Positions 53,688 through 64,000 of a stretch of DNA of 64,000 bases are shown here, in pieces; the first letter of the stretch is position 1; every line of letters begins with the position of its first letter. Source of the DNA: Paraspadella gotoi (Eukaryota > Animalia > Chaetognatha); assembly GCA_051294375.1 (NCBI GenBank), contig CM119265.1, positions 12,698,582-12,762,581 on the forward strand, read 5' to 3'. A program made the position numbers and the translations under genes. The notes under the pieces are model-generated. The model saw only the letters and a program-made list of their open reading frames with translations, was not told the DNA's origin and ran no database searches.

Positions 53688-54107
53688 CATTGAGCCTCAT
53701 CCAGACGGCGGGTCGGGACGGCGAGAGGCAGGCGAAACTGACCCTGGCGCCGACGAGCACCGCCTTCTTCTCGCGCTGCACTTCCTTCTCGTCGTCGGCG
53801 GCGATCGAATCCCACCCGCCGCCGCCGGCGGCGCCGATAGAGACGCCGCCGTGCCGCGGTTCTCCGCCGCCGACGCCGGAGGGACGCTGCGGCCGACGCA
53901 GCCCGTGCAGCCGGAAAAAGTCGGGATCGAGTCTAGGATCGAGAGGGACAGAGTCGGTCGCGAACACGTCGCGCCTCTCCTTCGACGGCGGCGGCTGCTG
54001 CTGTCGTTGCTGTTGTTGGCGGCTTACCTCCCGCTGCGGTTGTTTTCGCCCCGGTTGTTTTTGTTGCGCCGACGGGCTCCNNNNNNNNNNNNNNNNNNNN
54101 NNNNNCC
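53688..54107 (-). CDS. IgSF gene exon: Q/G-rich N-terminal segment and start of Ig1
   Basis: GC-rich open frame SPSAQQKQPGRKQPQREVSRQQQQRQQQPPPSKERRDVFATDS...EKKAVLVGARVSFACLSPSRPAVWMRLN-G|gtaagt. Phase 1 joins the 42191 exon. The cttgcag acceptor lies just beyond a 25-N gap, so the 5' boundary is less sure. Confidence 0.88.
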
Positions 54108-55148
54108 CTGCAAGATGATGGCGAGATCGGAGGCTTGGATTCGGGTTGGACGCAAAAGTAGAAAAATAGAAAATTTCAACCGGTCCGTTTTATTTTTTTT
54201 TTACTTCAATAATTAACGAACGTTAAATGAATTCGAGATGTTTTTAATTACAGATAATCATTAGTATTATTTCCATCAAAATTTACGTTGTAAAACCACG
54301 TTTCAACTTAGTTACGACGAATTTTTAAATCAAATCTCTCTTTCTCGATTTCTTTTCAGGAATCACTAGGACTTGAATTAATTTCCCAAAACTAACGACG
54401 AAAAAATTAATTGTTCAAATACTTTAAATCCTGGATTAACTCCTTTTTCATTGCGAATCAAAAATTCAGGAATATACTGCAACTACATCTGTCTCATCGC
54501 AAAAAATCTCGAGTTCACGCTCCAAACGTGGAAACTAAAAAAAGAAAAAAAAAAAAAAGAAAAGAAAACTAAAACGAAAAACAAAACGAGTCTCTCCCCC
54601 ACGAAAAAAAACAAAAACAAACATAAAACCCAACCTCTACCTCCCCCCTCCGTCGCCTCATGGAACTATCCTTTCGCCCAAAACCCGTGACACGTGCGAG
54701 GCAATGGTCTGTCCCACCGGACACAGTAACGCGCGACGTTTCACGCCCGCTCCGCCGGCCAAACACCGCCGCCAACGCCCCCACCCGTTGCTGTCGTGAC
54801 GCCGACTCCGATTCCAGTGAATGGTCGATCTCGGGGGCAAAAATTGTCCCATAGCGGCGTCAAAGTTCACGCGCGCTTTAATCTGTGGCGACTAAACGGA
54901 CCGTCGCCCTTCGTCGTCTGTCGTCATCGTCGTCCGTTCATCGTCGTCGTCGTCGTCGTTCGACCACCGCGACAGACTCCACGTTTCGTTTCTGTCGACC
55001 AACGTGAGTATTTCTCTCCTTCCCTCCCGCGGGACTCGACTGAAGTTGGCCTGATTTATTTTTTATCGCCCGTCTCTCTCTCTCTCTTCTCGTCCTCTCT
55101 CTCTCTTCTCTCTCCTCTCCTCTCTCTCTCCTCTCATCTTTTCTCGTC

Positions 55149-55204
<56 letters not shown>

Positions 55205-56675
55205 ATCGTCTCTCTCTCTCTCTCTTTTTTTATTCTTCCAAACCCACAGAAATAGTTCGGATAAAAAAGAAATAAAAAGAAAAAGGAGCAAACAACCGTC
55301 CATAAACCCCGGGATCCAAGATGAAGCCGCAAGCGACGCCCCTCCTCTTCACTCTTCCTTCCCTCCCCTTTGATTCGTCACACCGACGCCCCGCCCCCGT
55401 CACCCCACCATCTCCGCCCCCGCCCGTCCCCTCGGGGCAAAGCGCGAAATGTCGAATGGAATCTCGCGAATTCCGGCAGAGGACGCTCAGCATTTCTCGG
55501 TCTCGAGTCAGCGTCTCTCGCTCTCTATCTTTAGCTCCATCTCACTACGACATCCTGCAAAGCGAGTTCTTATTCGATTGAATTGGCGACCATAAAAACT
55601 GAGGGGATGATTTATCGTAATCTTTATGGTAAGCTTCGAAAGAAGGATTTGCGCTAAAGGTCGTTCAGTGGCAGACCAAAAATCCCGAATCTTTTGAATC
55701 GAGAGGGAAAAAGAAACATAAGTATGAAGAACGGCACCTATGACAAAAATGGTGATTGCATGTGCGCACGCAGAGACGGAGAGACGAGCCGGACGACGAG
55801 AGAGCGGATGACGAGAGAGAGATGTAATGAGGAGATGAGAGATGAGAGAGACTAGAGAGAGCAGAGGAGAGAGAGGATGAGAGAGAAGATCACATGGAGG
55901 AAAGGGAGAAGAGATCGAGAGAACAGAGGAAGAGACAGTGAGAGAGAGAGACAGAGAGAGAGAGCAAAACAGACATTTTTTAAAAAACAAAAGATTTATG
56001 TTCTAAGTTCGCTGTAGGTTTAAAAGGAATTTCGTTGTTGTTATTGATGGGTTGGTTGTTGTTTTGGCTGATGCTTCCTCTTCTCGCGGTCGATTGTTGT
56101 CTGTTGTTGATAATGATATTTTATGTTGTTATTCTTGTGAATTTTTCTCTCGACCGCTTTATCGGGAAAGATTCCTCAAAGTCGAAAGGGAAAAAAAGGA
56201 AAGAACTTCTTTTTTACGTTTTTTTTTACGTTTTCCCATTTCGAAGAATCGAAAAAATGACCTTAGAAAAATGAGCTTTCTTTCGTTTTTCCATTGTCTT
56301 TTATTTCCCAGACTGTATTGCTTCTTAACTTGACATACTTTTTTTTTGTATTTTTTNNNNNNNNNNNNNNNNNNNNNNNNNNNNNNNNNNNNNNNNNNNN
56401 NNNNNNNNNNNNNNNNNNNNNNNNNNNNNNNNNNNNNNNNNNNNNNNNNNNNNNNNNNNNNNNNNNNNNNNNNNNNNNNNNNNNNNNNNNNNNNNNNNNN
56501 NNNNNNNNNNNNNNNNNNNNNNNNNNNNNNNNNNNNNNNNNNNNNNNNNNNNNNNNNNNNNNNNNNNNNNNNNNNNNNNNNNNNNNNNNNNNNNNNNNNN
56601 NNNNNNNNNNNNNNNNNNNNNNNNNNNNNNNNNNNNNNNNNNNNNNNNNNNNNNNNNNNNNNNNNNNNNNNNNNN

Positions 56676-56855
56676 AGGCAAAGACCCGCGTATTCTTCCT
56701 CGCAGAAACTCAACGGCGCAAAAGTTATAACAAAATGCGCGGTTTAACTTTTTTAGTTCCGGTTTATCTACAGCTCCCCTCTCTCCTCGCCCGGCGGTTC
56801 TGCAGCTCGTGCCTCCTCTCTTCTCCCCGGTCATCGTCAATCGTCTCCGTCTCAT
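56676..56855 (-). CDS. Possible first coding exon of the IgSF gene (runs into an N-gap)
   Basis: ATG ORF MRRRRLTMTGEKRGG... lies about 55 bp downstream of a TATA-like box. No signal peptide is visible before the gap at 56357-56675. Confidence 0.2.
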
Positions 56856-56909
56856 GCTAGTAAGCTTAAGCGCTTAACCGTCTCCGCAGTCAAATTCACA
56901 ATCTCCCCG

Positions 56910-56919
56910 CTTTATATAC
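56910..56919 (-). promoter_or_regulatory. Candidate TATA box (gTATATAAAg)
   Basis: Consensus TATAWAWR in a GC-richer context, in the orientation of the IgSF gene and upstream of its first recognised exon. No clear Inr. Confidence 0.25.
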
Positions 56920-58320
56920 CCTCTCGTCGGTTCCACGGCTCTAGACAACTCCTACGTACCGCTCGTATCACTTGTCACCAATGTCTCTATTCCAGAGGTG
57001 ATCTTTTTGCTCATCCTCGTTTCCTTNNNNNNNNNNNNNNNNNNNNNNNNNTCGTCCTTTTTCGTTCTTCGCATCGGCGCCTCTCAGATTTTTAATGCCG
57101 CGAAAAAATCCCCGCTTAATCCCTTTTCACGTCAAATTACATCCCTAAACGTCGCGTAAAGGTTCGGGTAAGTAGCGAAGAACATCCGGGGAAAGTTCTT
57201 TCCAGCTTTCGTAAGAATCTGAAAAGCCCGAAGACTTAAAAGCTTTCTATATATGAGGGGGGTGTATTACCTTATAGAGCGCGAGGATCTCACGCTTTCT
57301 CCCCTTTTCAGAATTTTAATAAATCGCAGATAAACAAGTGAATTGTTTTAACATTTCATTCCAATGGTTAAAATATTAATTCATAGATTTTATGCTCATT
57401 ATTATAAGTCGAATTTTGCCCAGGCGGTCAGTATTACATCTTTTATTTAAAAATATTGTTGTATACTTGTATTTTTCACTCACTTTTTATATCGTTTCCT
57501 GCAATAAGTTTAGCAGACTGAATTATTGCTTTGAAACTAAGGTTCCTTTCGAATTGTTATAAATAATTTAAAATTGTTAAATATTCCTTTAATTCTTCAT
57601 GTCTACCGACGAGGGGTTTCCTTGATTCAATTCGATAACGTCGAACCTTCCTCTCCACGGACTCTAAATATTATCACCGACAGGTTTTTTTCTGTCATAA
57701 AAATCAAAGAAGGGCCACGCCCCCACTCAGCGTAGAAATCGAGGGAATCTATTTTTCCAAGACGCCGCCTTTCGGGACTCAGCGGAAAAACAAAATTTCG
57801 GTAGAACTTTCCGCAAGAAGTCGCCATGCGTCGCGCGAGTACAACAAACAATACCCTATAGTACCGCGCGTGCGCAGTAAGAGCACTCCAACACCCTAGT
57901 CCCCCCTTTTCCCCTCGGCTCCGCACGCCACCGCCCGGCAATTGGTTTACGTACATAAAAACAATTGTTGTCATTAATAATTCAATAAACTAACAACGCC
58001 GAGCGTCGAAGCGAGTCGCCTTCCCGCCGATTCAATAAATTCCGCGATATTTTTTTTGTTCCTGCTATCTCTCTTGTTTCTTCTTATTTCCTCTTATATC
58101 CACTCTCTCCCTCGGCGCGTTTAATCTGGATTGACATAAAATTCCAATAAAGATTCATTTTTATACTGGTTTTATCACGTAAATGGAGCGAGGTCGTCTC
58201 TGAATGTAGGGAGCACAGGTAGAAAAAATTTGGGTTGTGCGCCCATGAAAGAGTTTGAAAAAAGAAGAGTGTTTTTTGATAAAGACCTCGTCTGGAGACG
58301 TGAGCTTTTTAATTAGAGAT

Positions 58321-61300
58321 GAGCAGCTTGCACGGTTCCTTTCTCTACCAATGAGATTAACTCGCATGGAGATGCAAGCAAGAATGAGAATGTTCCCGAG
58401 GAATAACGTTTCCGAGACTTATGAGGGCTAAACAAATAAAAAGGGTCAATCCAGAATTTCTCCTCCTAATGACAGTTTTTTTGCAATATAAAAATTCCAA
58501 TGAATTTAAACATTAGCTAATCCATAAAGACCGGGTGATGTATCCAAATCAATAGAGGTGAGGCATAACGAACTTTAAGTAATTGAAGTTTAAATTTTTT
58601 TTAAAAATGAAAATATATGGCATCATTACAAATCTATGGCCAATCAATTTCTTTTCTCGTTTGTAGTCCCATAACCATTTTATTCTCATCTTTAATAGTT
58701 TATTTGTAATTAATTTTCTTTATTATATAGGATTATTCATCTAATTGTCTTAAATAATTTAAATTAAATTATAACTATGCCAAATGGAATTGAAGAAAAA
58801 TTTTATATTATACAGGGACTTACCTACCTAAGTATAGGCATTTCAAATACATATATAGTAAGTTTATTTATAAGATGTTTTTGAACATAGAAAATAAATA
58901 ATTTATAAATTATATATGAAAAAAATTTAACCTTTGAATTTTTTTAGCAATGAAATAAACATAATTATTCAATCTAATTGTTCCATATGCTTTTAATAGC
59001 TACTGTCAGTTTTGTATCATTCTCAATTATAATAATTTTTAATAACTTTTTTTTTTTATTTTTAGTAATACGTGACTGCTTATTTAAGCTTACTTTTGAC
59101 AAAATCCAAAAATTTACTGTATTAAATTAATGTATGGAAACAGACGAAACAATTTTTTTTAAATCACATGCTATTTAATTTGTTGAAGCTGATATATATA
59201 TATCCCTTGGACAAAATTAAAAAGGTTTTAAACAATCCCAACTAGACATTTTTACAGGTTGTCAAATGTATACAATATTCCCTGATAGTGTCGGACACTG
59301 CTTTGTGAAGGGTTTTTAACTTAATTCCAGTAAGCCTCTTTTAATATGCAGCAGAAAAGCAGTATATTTAACAGTTTTTTTAATTTGGAGGTGGGCAATC
59401 AAAGTTCTAACAGCATATTAAACATCCAGTATATTTGTTAAGTATAGTAGATTCCTCTATAGATATTTTTAATTTTGAAAAACGTTTTACTTTTTTTCTA
59501 TAATTTTTTTGACACGGTCAAAACGTTTTTTTTGAATTACGCGAAAGAGAATGTAAAAAATTAAAAATAAATACTGTACCAATAGTTAGACTTTATGTCT
59601 AAGAATAGCATGAAAAACCTTGTTTAAAAATTTTGACTCGCGAAGTGGGGTAACTTAAGGCTTACCAACGGTATCCTCTCCATGCTATGTGCGTCTCTCG
59701 CTATAATTTTTTTAATTTACATAATCACATTTGAAAGGGAAAAAAGAAATTCAAGAATTCAGGTGGCATACAAGGGTAGAGAAAATCTGTAGCATAGTGA
59801 CATGACATAATAAGTGACCCTTTTATGTCTTGCGTATGGGGCAGTAAAGAAAACGCTAAAAAATCAATCATTAAGTCAAGTCAAGAACCGCTTTCCGCGA
59901 ATTTTTTTTCTTCAATTAAAATGGATGATAAATAATAGAACAATTAAATTCCCTTTATAAAGGTTGTAATATTTAAAAGAAAATTATCATCTAACAATTC
60001 AACACCAATGAAAATGTCTTGCTTTGTCAAATATGTCAGCAGTTTAAGTAATTTTAAAATTTTATTAATGATAAACAAGGCAGTTATACGTCAGCTTTTC
60101 TTTGCAAGTGTAAAGATAATGAAAAATGATTATTTTTTTTTCAGCAGACAAGAAGGTAGACGTCGCCAGACTGTTTATATCAACGCTGAAACATTTTATT
60201 ATTTATCATTTTTTTTATATTAAAAAAACATTTTTAATCAGCTACTACAAATTTTTGGCTTGTTTTTTTACTTAACTGAAAAATACAAGCAAATTTATAA
60301 AGTAGAGAATTTAATGTAATTAAAACTGTAATTCAGACTTTCCTCTTTTAATTTAACAAAAAGAAAAAAAAAATTTTTATATGCCTTCAATTGAAATTGT
60401 GTTAAATCAAAAAACTGTTATAACTTTTAAACTCGTATTTTAAATAAAAACTGTGTAAAGCATTTATGGATAAAAATTTAACCAAAACTGTTCTAGAAAT
60501 ATGTCCCTTGACTTAGTGGCTTTTAAACCTTTGATACACAAAACCGCGGCGACCTTGCCTACCACGTCTTTTTTTTTTTTTTCAAAAGATATTCAAGAAA
60601 ATAACTTTTTTTATTACTGTTTTTGCATCTTGCAGTTTTTTTTTTAAAGCAACCCTAACTTTTGGCCTTAAAAAATGTCTAGTTGGGATTGTTTAAAACT
60701 TTTTAAATATTTTGTCCAAGGATAATATTATATCAGTTCAAACAATTAAATAGGCAAATGTGATTTAAAAAAAGTTTTCCGTCTGTTTTCATCACAATGA
60801 TTTTTAATAGCCAGTAATTTTTGGATTTTTGTCAAAAGTAAGTAAATATAGCAGTGCAGTATTCACTCAAAAATAAAAAAGTTATAAAATTATTATAATT
60901 GAGATATAATTACAACTGACGCACGTAAGGCTATAAAAGCATCATGAACAGATTAATTAATCAATAATGTTTATTAAATGCTAAAAAAAAATCAAAGTTA
61001 AAATTTTTTTCAATATATTTAATTTTATAATTATTTATGTCTTTCTATGTCAAAACAAGAATCATCTATAATAAACTACTATATATGTATTTGAAGGCCT
61101 ATATTAGGTAGGTAAGTCCCTTAATATAAATTTTTCTTTTCATCATTTGGCGATACGTTATAATTTTTTTTAATTAAATTATTTGAAAAAATTAAAATAA
61201 TATTTTAAATAAAGAAGAAATTAATTACAAATAAACTATTAAAAGATAGAATAAATGCGTTCATGGACTCAACGAAAGTAAAATTGTTCATAGGATTTAT

Positions 61301-61560
61301 GGATGATGCATGATAATTTTTAAATTTTTCTTAAAAAATTTGAACCATTTTTAAATTTTTTTTATTCTACTGTTTAATTGATTTTATATACTAATTTTAA
61401 TATTAATTTATAAAAAAAACTGTCATTAGGAAAAATTTGATTACCCGCTATTTTTTGTGTAGGCCAAAGGTCGAAGGAAAACGTATCCCGGGACATTCTC
61501 ATTCTTGGTGCTACTCCATGCGAGTAATCGATGTAAAAAGGACCGTTGACGGCTGTGCTC
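58321..61560. mobile_element. Non-autonomous DNA transposon with ~900-bp TIRs and apparent GAG...CTC ends (Sola2/Sola3-like or foldback type)
   Basis: 58321-~59254 is the reverse complement of ~60669-61560. Shared blocks include ctcgcatggag, caagaatgagaatgt, cctaatgacagtttttt, gggacttacctacctaa and aacaatcccaactagacattttt. The ~1.4-kb AT-rich interior has no ORF, and the TSD is not resolved. Confidence 0.8.
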
Positions 61561-64000
61561 ATTGCTCCCCCGTTCTTGATTTTAAGACCTAACGAATTTC
61601 ATAATTTTCGAAAATATTTTCTTATTCTTATTTTTAAAAGTTTTCCGGAGAAATGAAACTACAGCCATTTTTCTTGGAATTATTGTTTTGGCAGATGAAA
61701 TAAATTATCCGCAGGTCGATCTTGAACGAAATTTATTTTTTTCCTATTTCCTATTACTTGTTTTGAATAGAAAAAAATAAAATGCGGGGGGAATTTCGAG
61801 CAGACAAGATGGATATAGGAAAAAAATTTTTTTTGTTTCCAAATTTTTTTTTTTTTCCCACACGACTATCAAACTTTGCGCGTTTATCATTCAGAGGGGA
61901 CAAGACGAAGGATAGAAGAGACAGATGGTGACGACTGTAAGCAGTGAGATCAAAATTTTAAAAATCATTTTGACTAAAAGGATATAAAGACGGAGGTCTT
62001 AAAGTGCTTTTCAAAACGTCTTGACAGGGCGGTAACATGGGCGACGGAGAAAGTCAAGAGCAGATAGTCCAGACCACCGGACTGGAACGCAGAGAAACAT
62101 GTAAAGAGTGACAGTTTAGATTAGACCTGCGAACCAAAGTTTTTTTAAAATAATATTATATGTTTTCCCAAGAAGCATTTTTTACGGGACGGAACCACTG
62201 ATGTTTTTTAGATTAAAATACTAGATTAATAAAATGAAAATAGCAATCGTATTATGAGAGCACCCGAACTGTCCACGGTTACGCGCCGATGGACGTAGTG
62301 TGTCAGGGTGCCGCCGCCCCTGGCGTCGCGCAGGCAGGCTCAGGGTGTGAAGCACCAAACCCCAGCCCACTGCCGCCAGGGCCACCCCGCCAGTGCGCGC
62401 GCCCGCGCCTGCCTCCTTTTCTCCTCGAATGCGCGTCGCCATGCGGACGCCGACTGGCAGGAATAGGCGATATAAGCAACTATATACATATGGCGAATTT
62501 TTTGTTTGCATGTGAATAATAATAATAATAGTAAAAAAACCTGATGGAAGAGAAAGAGAAAATAATGATATATGACTCGTTTCCAGTTTCCGATTGAAGG
62601 ATCGCAGATGGCGTCGCCTCTCCATCCGCGCCACCGATTTTTTTTTAACGGTTCGTTGCGACGAGAGCAGAACGTCTCGAGATCCTCGTTGGAAAGAGAT
62701 GGAATTTGTTTACGTCGAAGATTAAGCGTTTTTAATTAAGAGTTTCTATTTTTAGGTGTAGAGCTTGATCGACGGAGAGAGAGATAAAATCGCTAATTTG
62801 TTNNNNNNNNNNNNNNNNNNNNNNNNNNNNNNNNNNNNNNNNNNNNNNNNNNNNNNNNNNNNNNNNNNNNNNNNNNNNNNNNNNNNNNNNNNNNNNNNNN
62901 NNNNNNNNNNNNNNNNNNNNNNNNNNNNNNNNNNNNNNNNNNNNNNNNNNNNNNNNNNNNNNNNNNNNNNNNNNNNNNNNNNNNNNNNNNNNNNNNNNNA
63001 AAATTCTCGACAGAAGGCGACGAGTCGATTTGTTATCGAGCCATTTTGGAATTCTGCAATAACTAATTTTCTCAATTTGAATTGTTGTATCAATTTCATA
63101 AATAAACTCTTTTAGCTTCACAACTTTTTTTTACAATTTATTTAGAGAATTGACGAAGTTTTTTTTTGTTTGCAACGAATTTTATTTATAGTTGAACAGA
63201 CATGTTTCGACTTGTTTTACAAGTCTTCATCAGCGTTTTTATTTATATTTTCTGAGTTTCTTTACAAATCATACGCACCAATTGTTTTCCTTTCGCGCCG
63301 AAAACAAAAGATCTCACTTCTCAGTTTCAAAACCATTTTTATCTTTTTTTTTTTTCTTTAATTTTTCGTATTTGTTTCTTTCTTTTTCAATATTTGTTTA
63401 GTTTTCACTATTTATTCTTCGACTCGGAGCGGAAACGTGCGTGCGCTCCGCGCGCTCTCTNNNNNNNNNNNNNNNNNNNNNNNNNNNNNNNNNNNNNNNN
63501 NNNNNNNNNNNNNNNNNNNNNNNNNNNNNNNNNNNNNNNNNNNNNNNNNNNNNNNNNNNNNNNNNNNNNNNNNNNNNNNNNNNNNNNNNNNNNNNNNNNN
63601 NNNNNNNNNNNNNNNNNNNNNNNNNNNNNNNNNNNNNNNNNNNNNNNNNAAAAAAATGCGGAAAACGACAACAACAATATCCCTCGACGTTTATTCGAGG
63701 TTTACAGTTTGAATTTTCGTTGACGTCGTGTTTCGCGGGTGATTTTGTTTCCCGCGCGGGAGAATTTTTATATAAACTTTGGAACGTGGAGAGTGGGGGC
63801 CGCCATTTTGATAGAAGGAAAAAAGGGAAAACACCTCATTGCCCGAAGAATTTGTTAGAAAATGAAGATAGTGAAATAAAATTTTATACAAATTCACGTT
63901 CATACAAAATTCATGATTAAGATTGATAACACCATAAAGTCATAAAAAAAAAACAACCTTTTTTTTTAAACGCGCGTTTCTTATCTAGAACGTTCCCGCG

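Overview
AT-rich animal (invertebrate-type) genomic DNA from a rough long-read assembly, with many (AG)n/(AAAG)n/(GAC)n microsatellites, N-gaps and locally unpolished indels. Almost all ORFs in the supplied track are spurious. (1) Positions 1-15768 form one giant fold-back inverted repeat centred on a (CT)n tract, which may be an artefact. (2) A large multi-exon immunoglobulin-superfamily gene lies on the minus strand from about 54.1 kb down to at least 33.9 kb, and probably to about 17.4 kb. It has Ig-V, Ig-C2, further Ig and possibly FN3 domains, a nephrin/Kirre/Sidestep-like layout, and a Q-rich N-terminal segment with a KERR site. (3) One of its introns holds two tandem ~120-nt Pol III units with vault-RNA hallmarks (GGTTACTTCG block, B box, terminal panhandle, T4 terminator, shared upstream element); this is the most interesting observation. 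(4) Mobile DNA includes a 5-kb Tc1/mariner element with ~900-bp TIRs and TA target duplication, a 3.2-kb GAG...CTC element with ~900-bp TIRs, and a dead RTE-like LINE 3' fragment with C2H2 fingers. Several minisatellites are also present. All comparisons were made by eye; no database searches were run.
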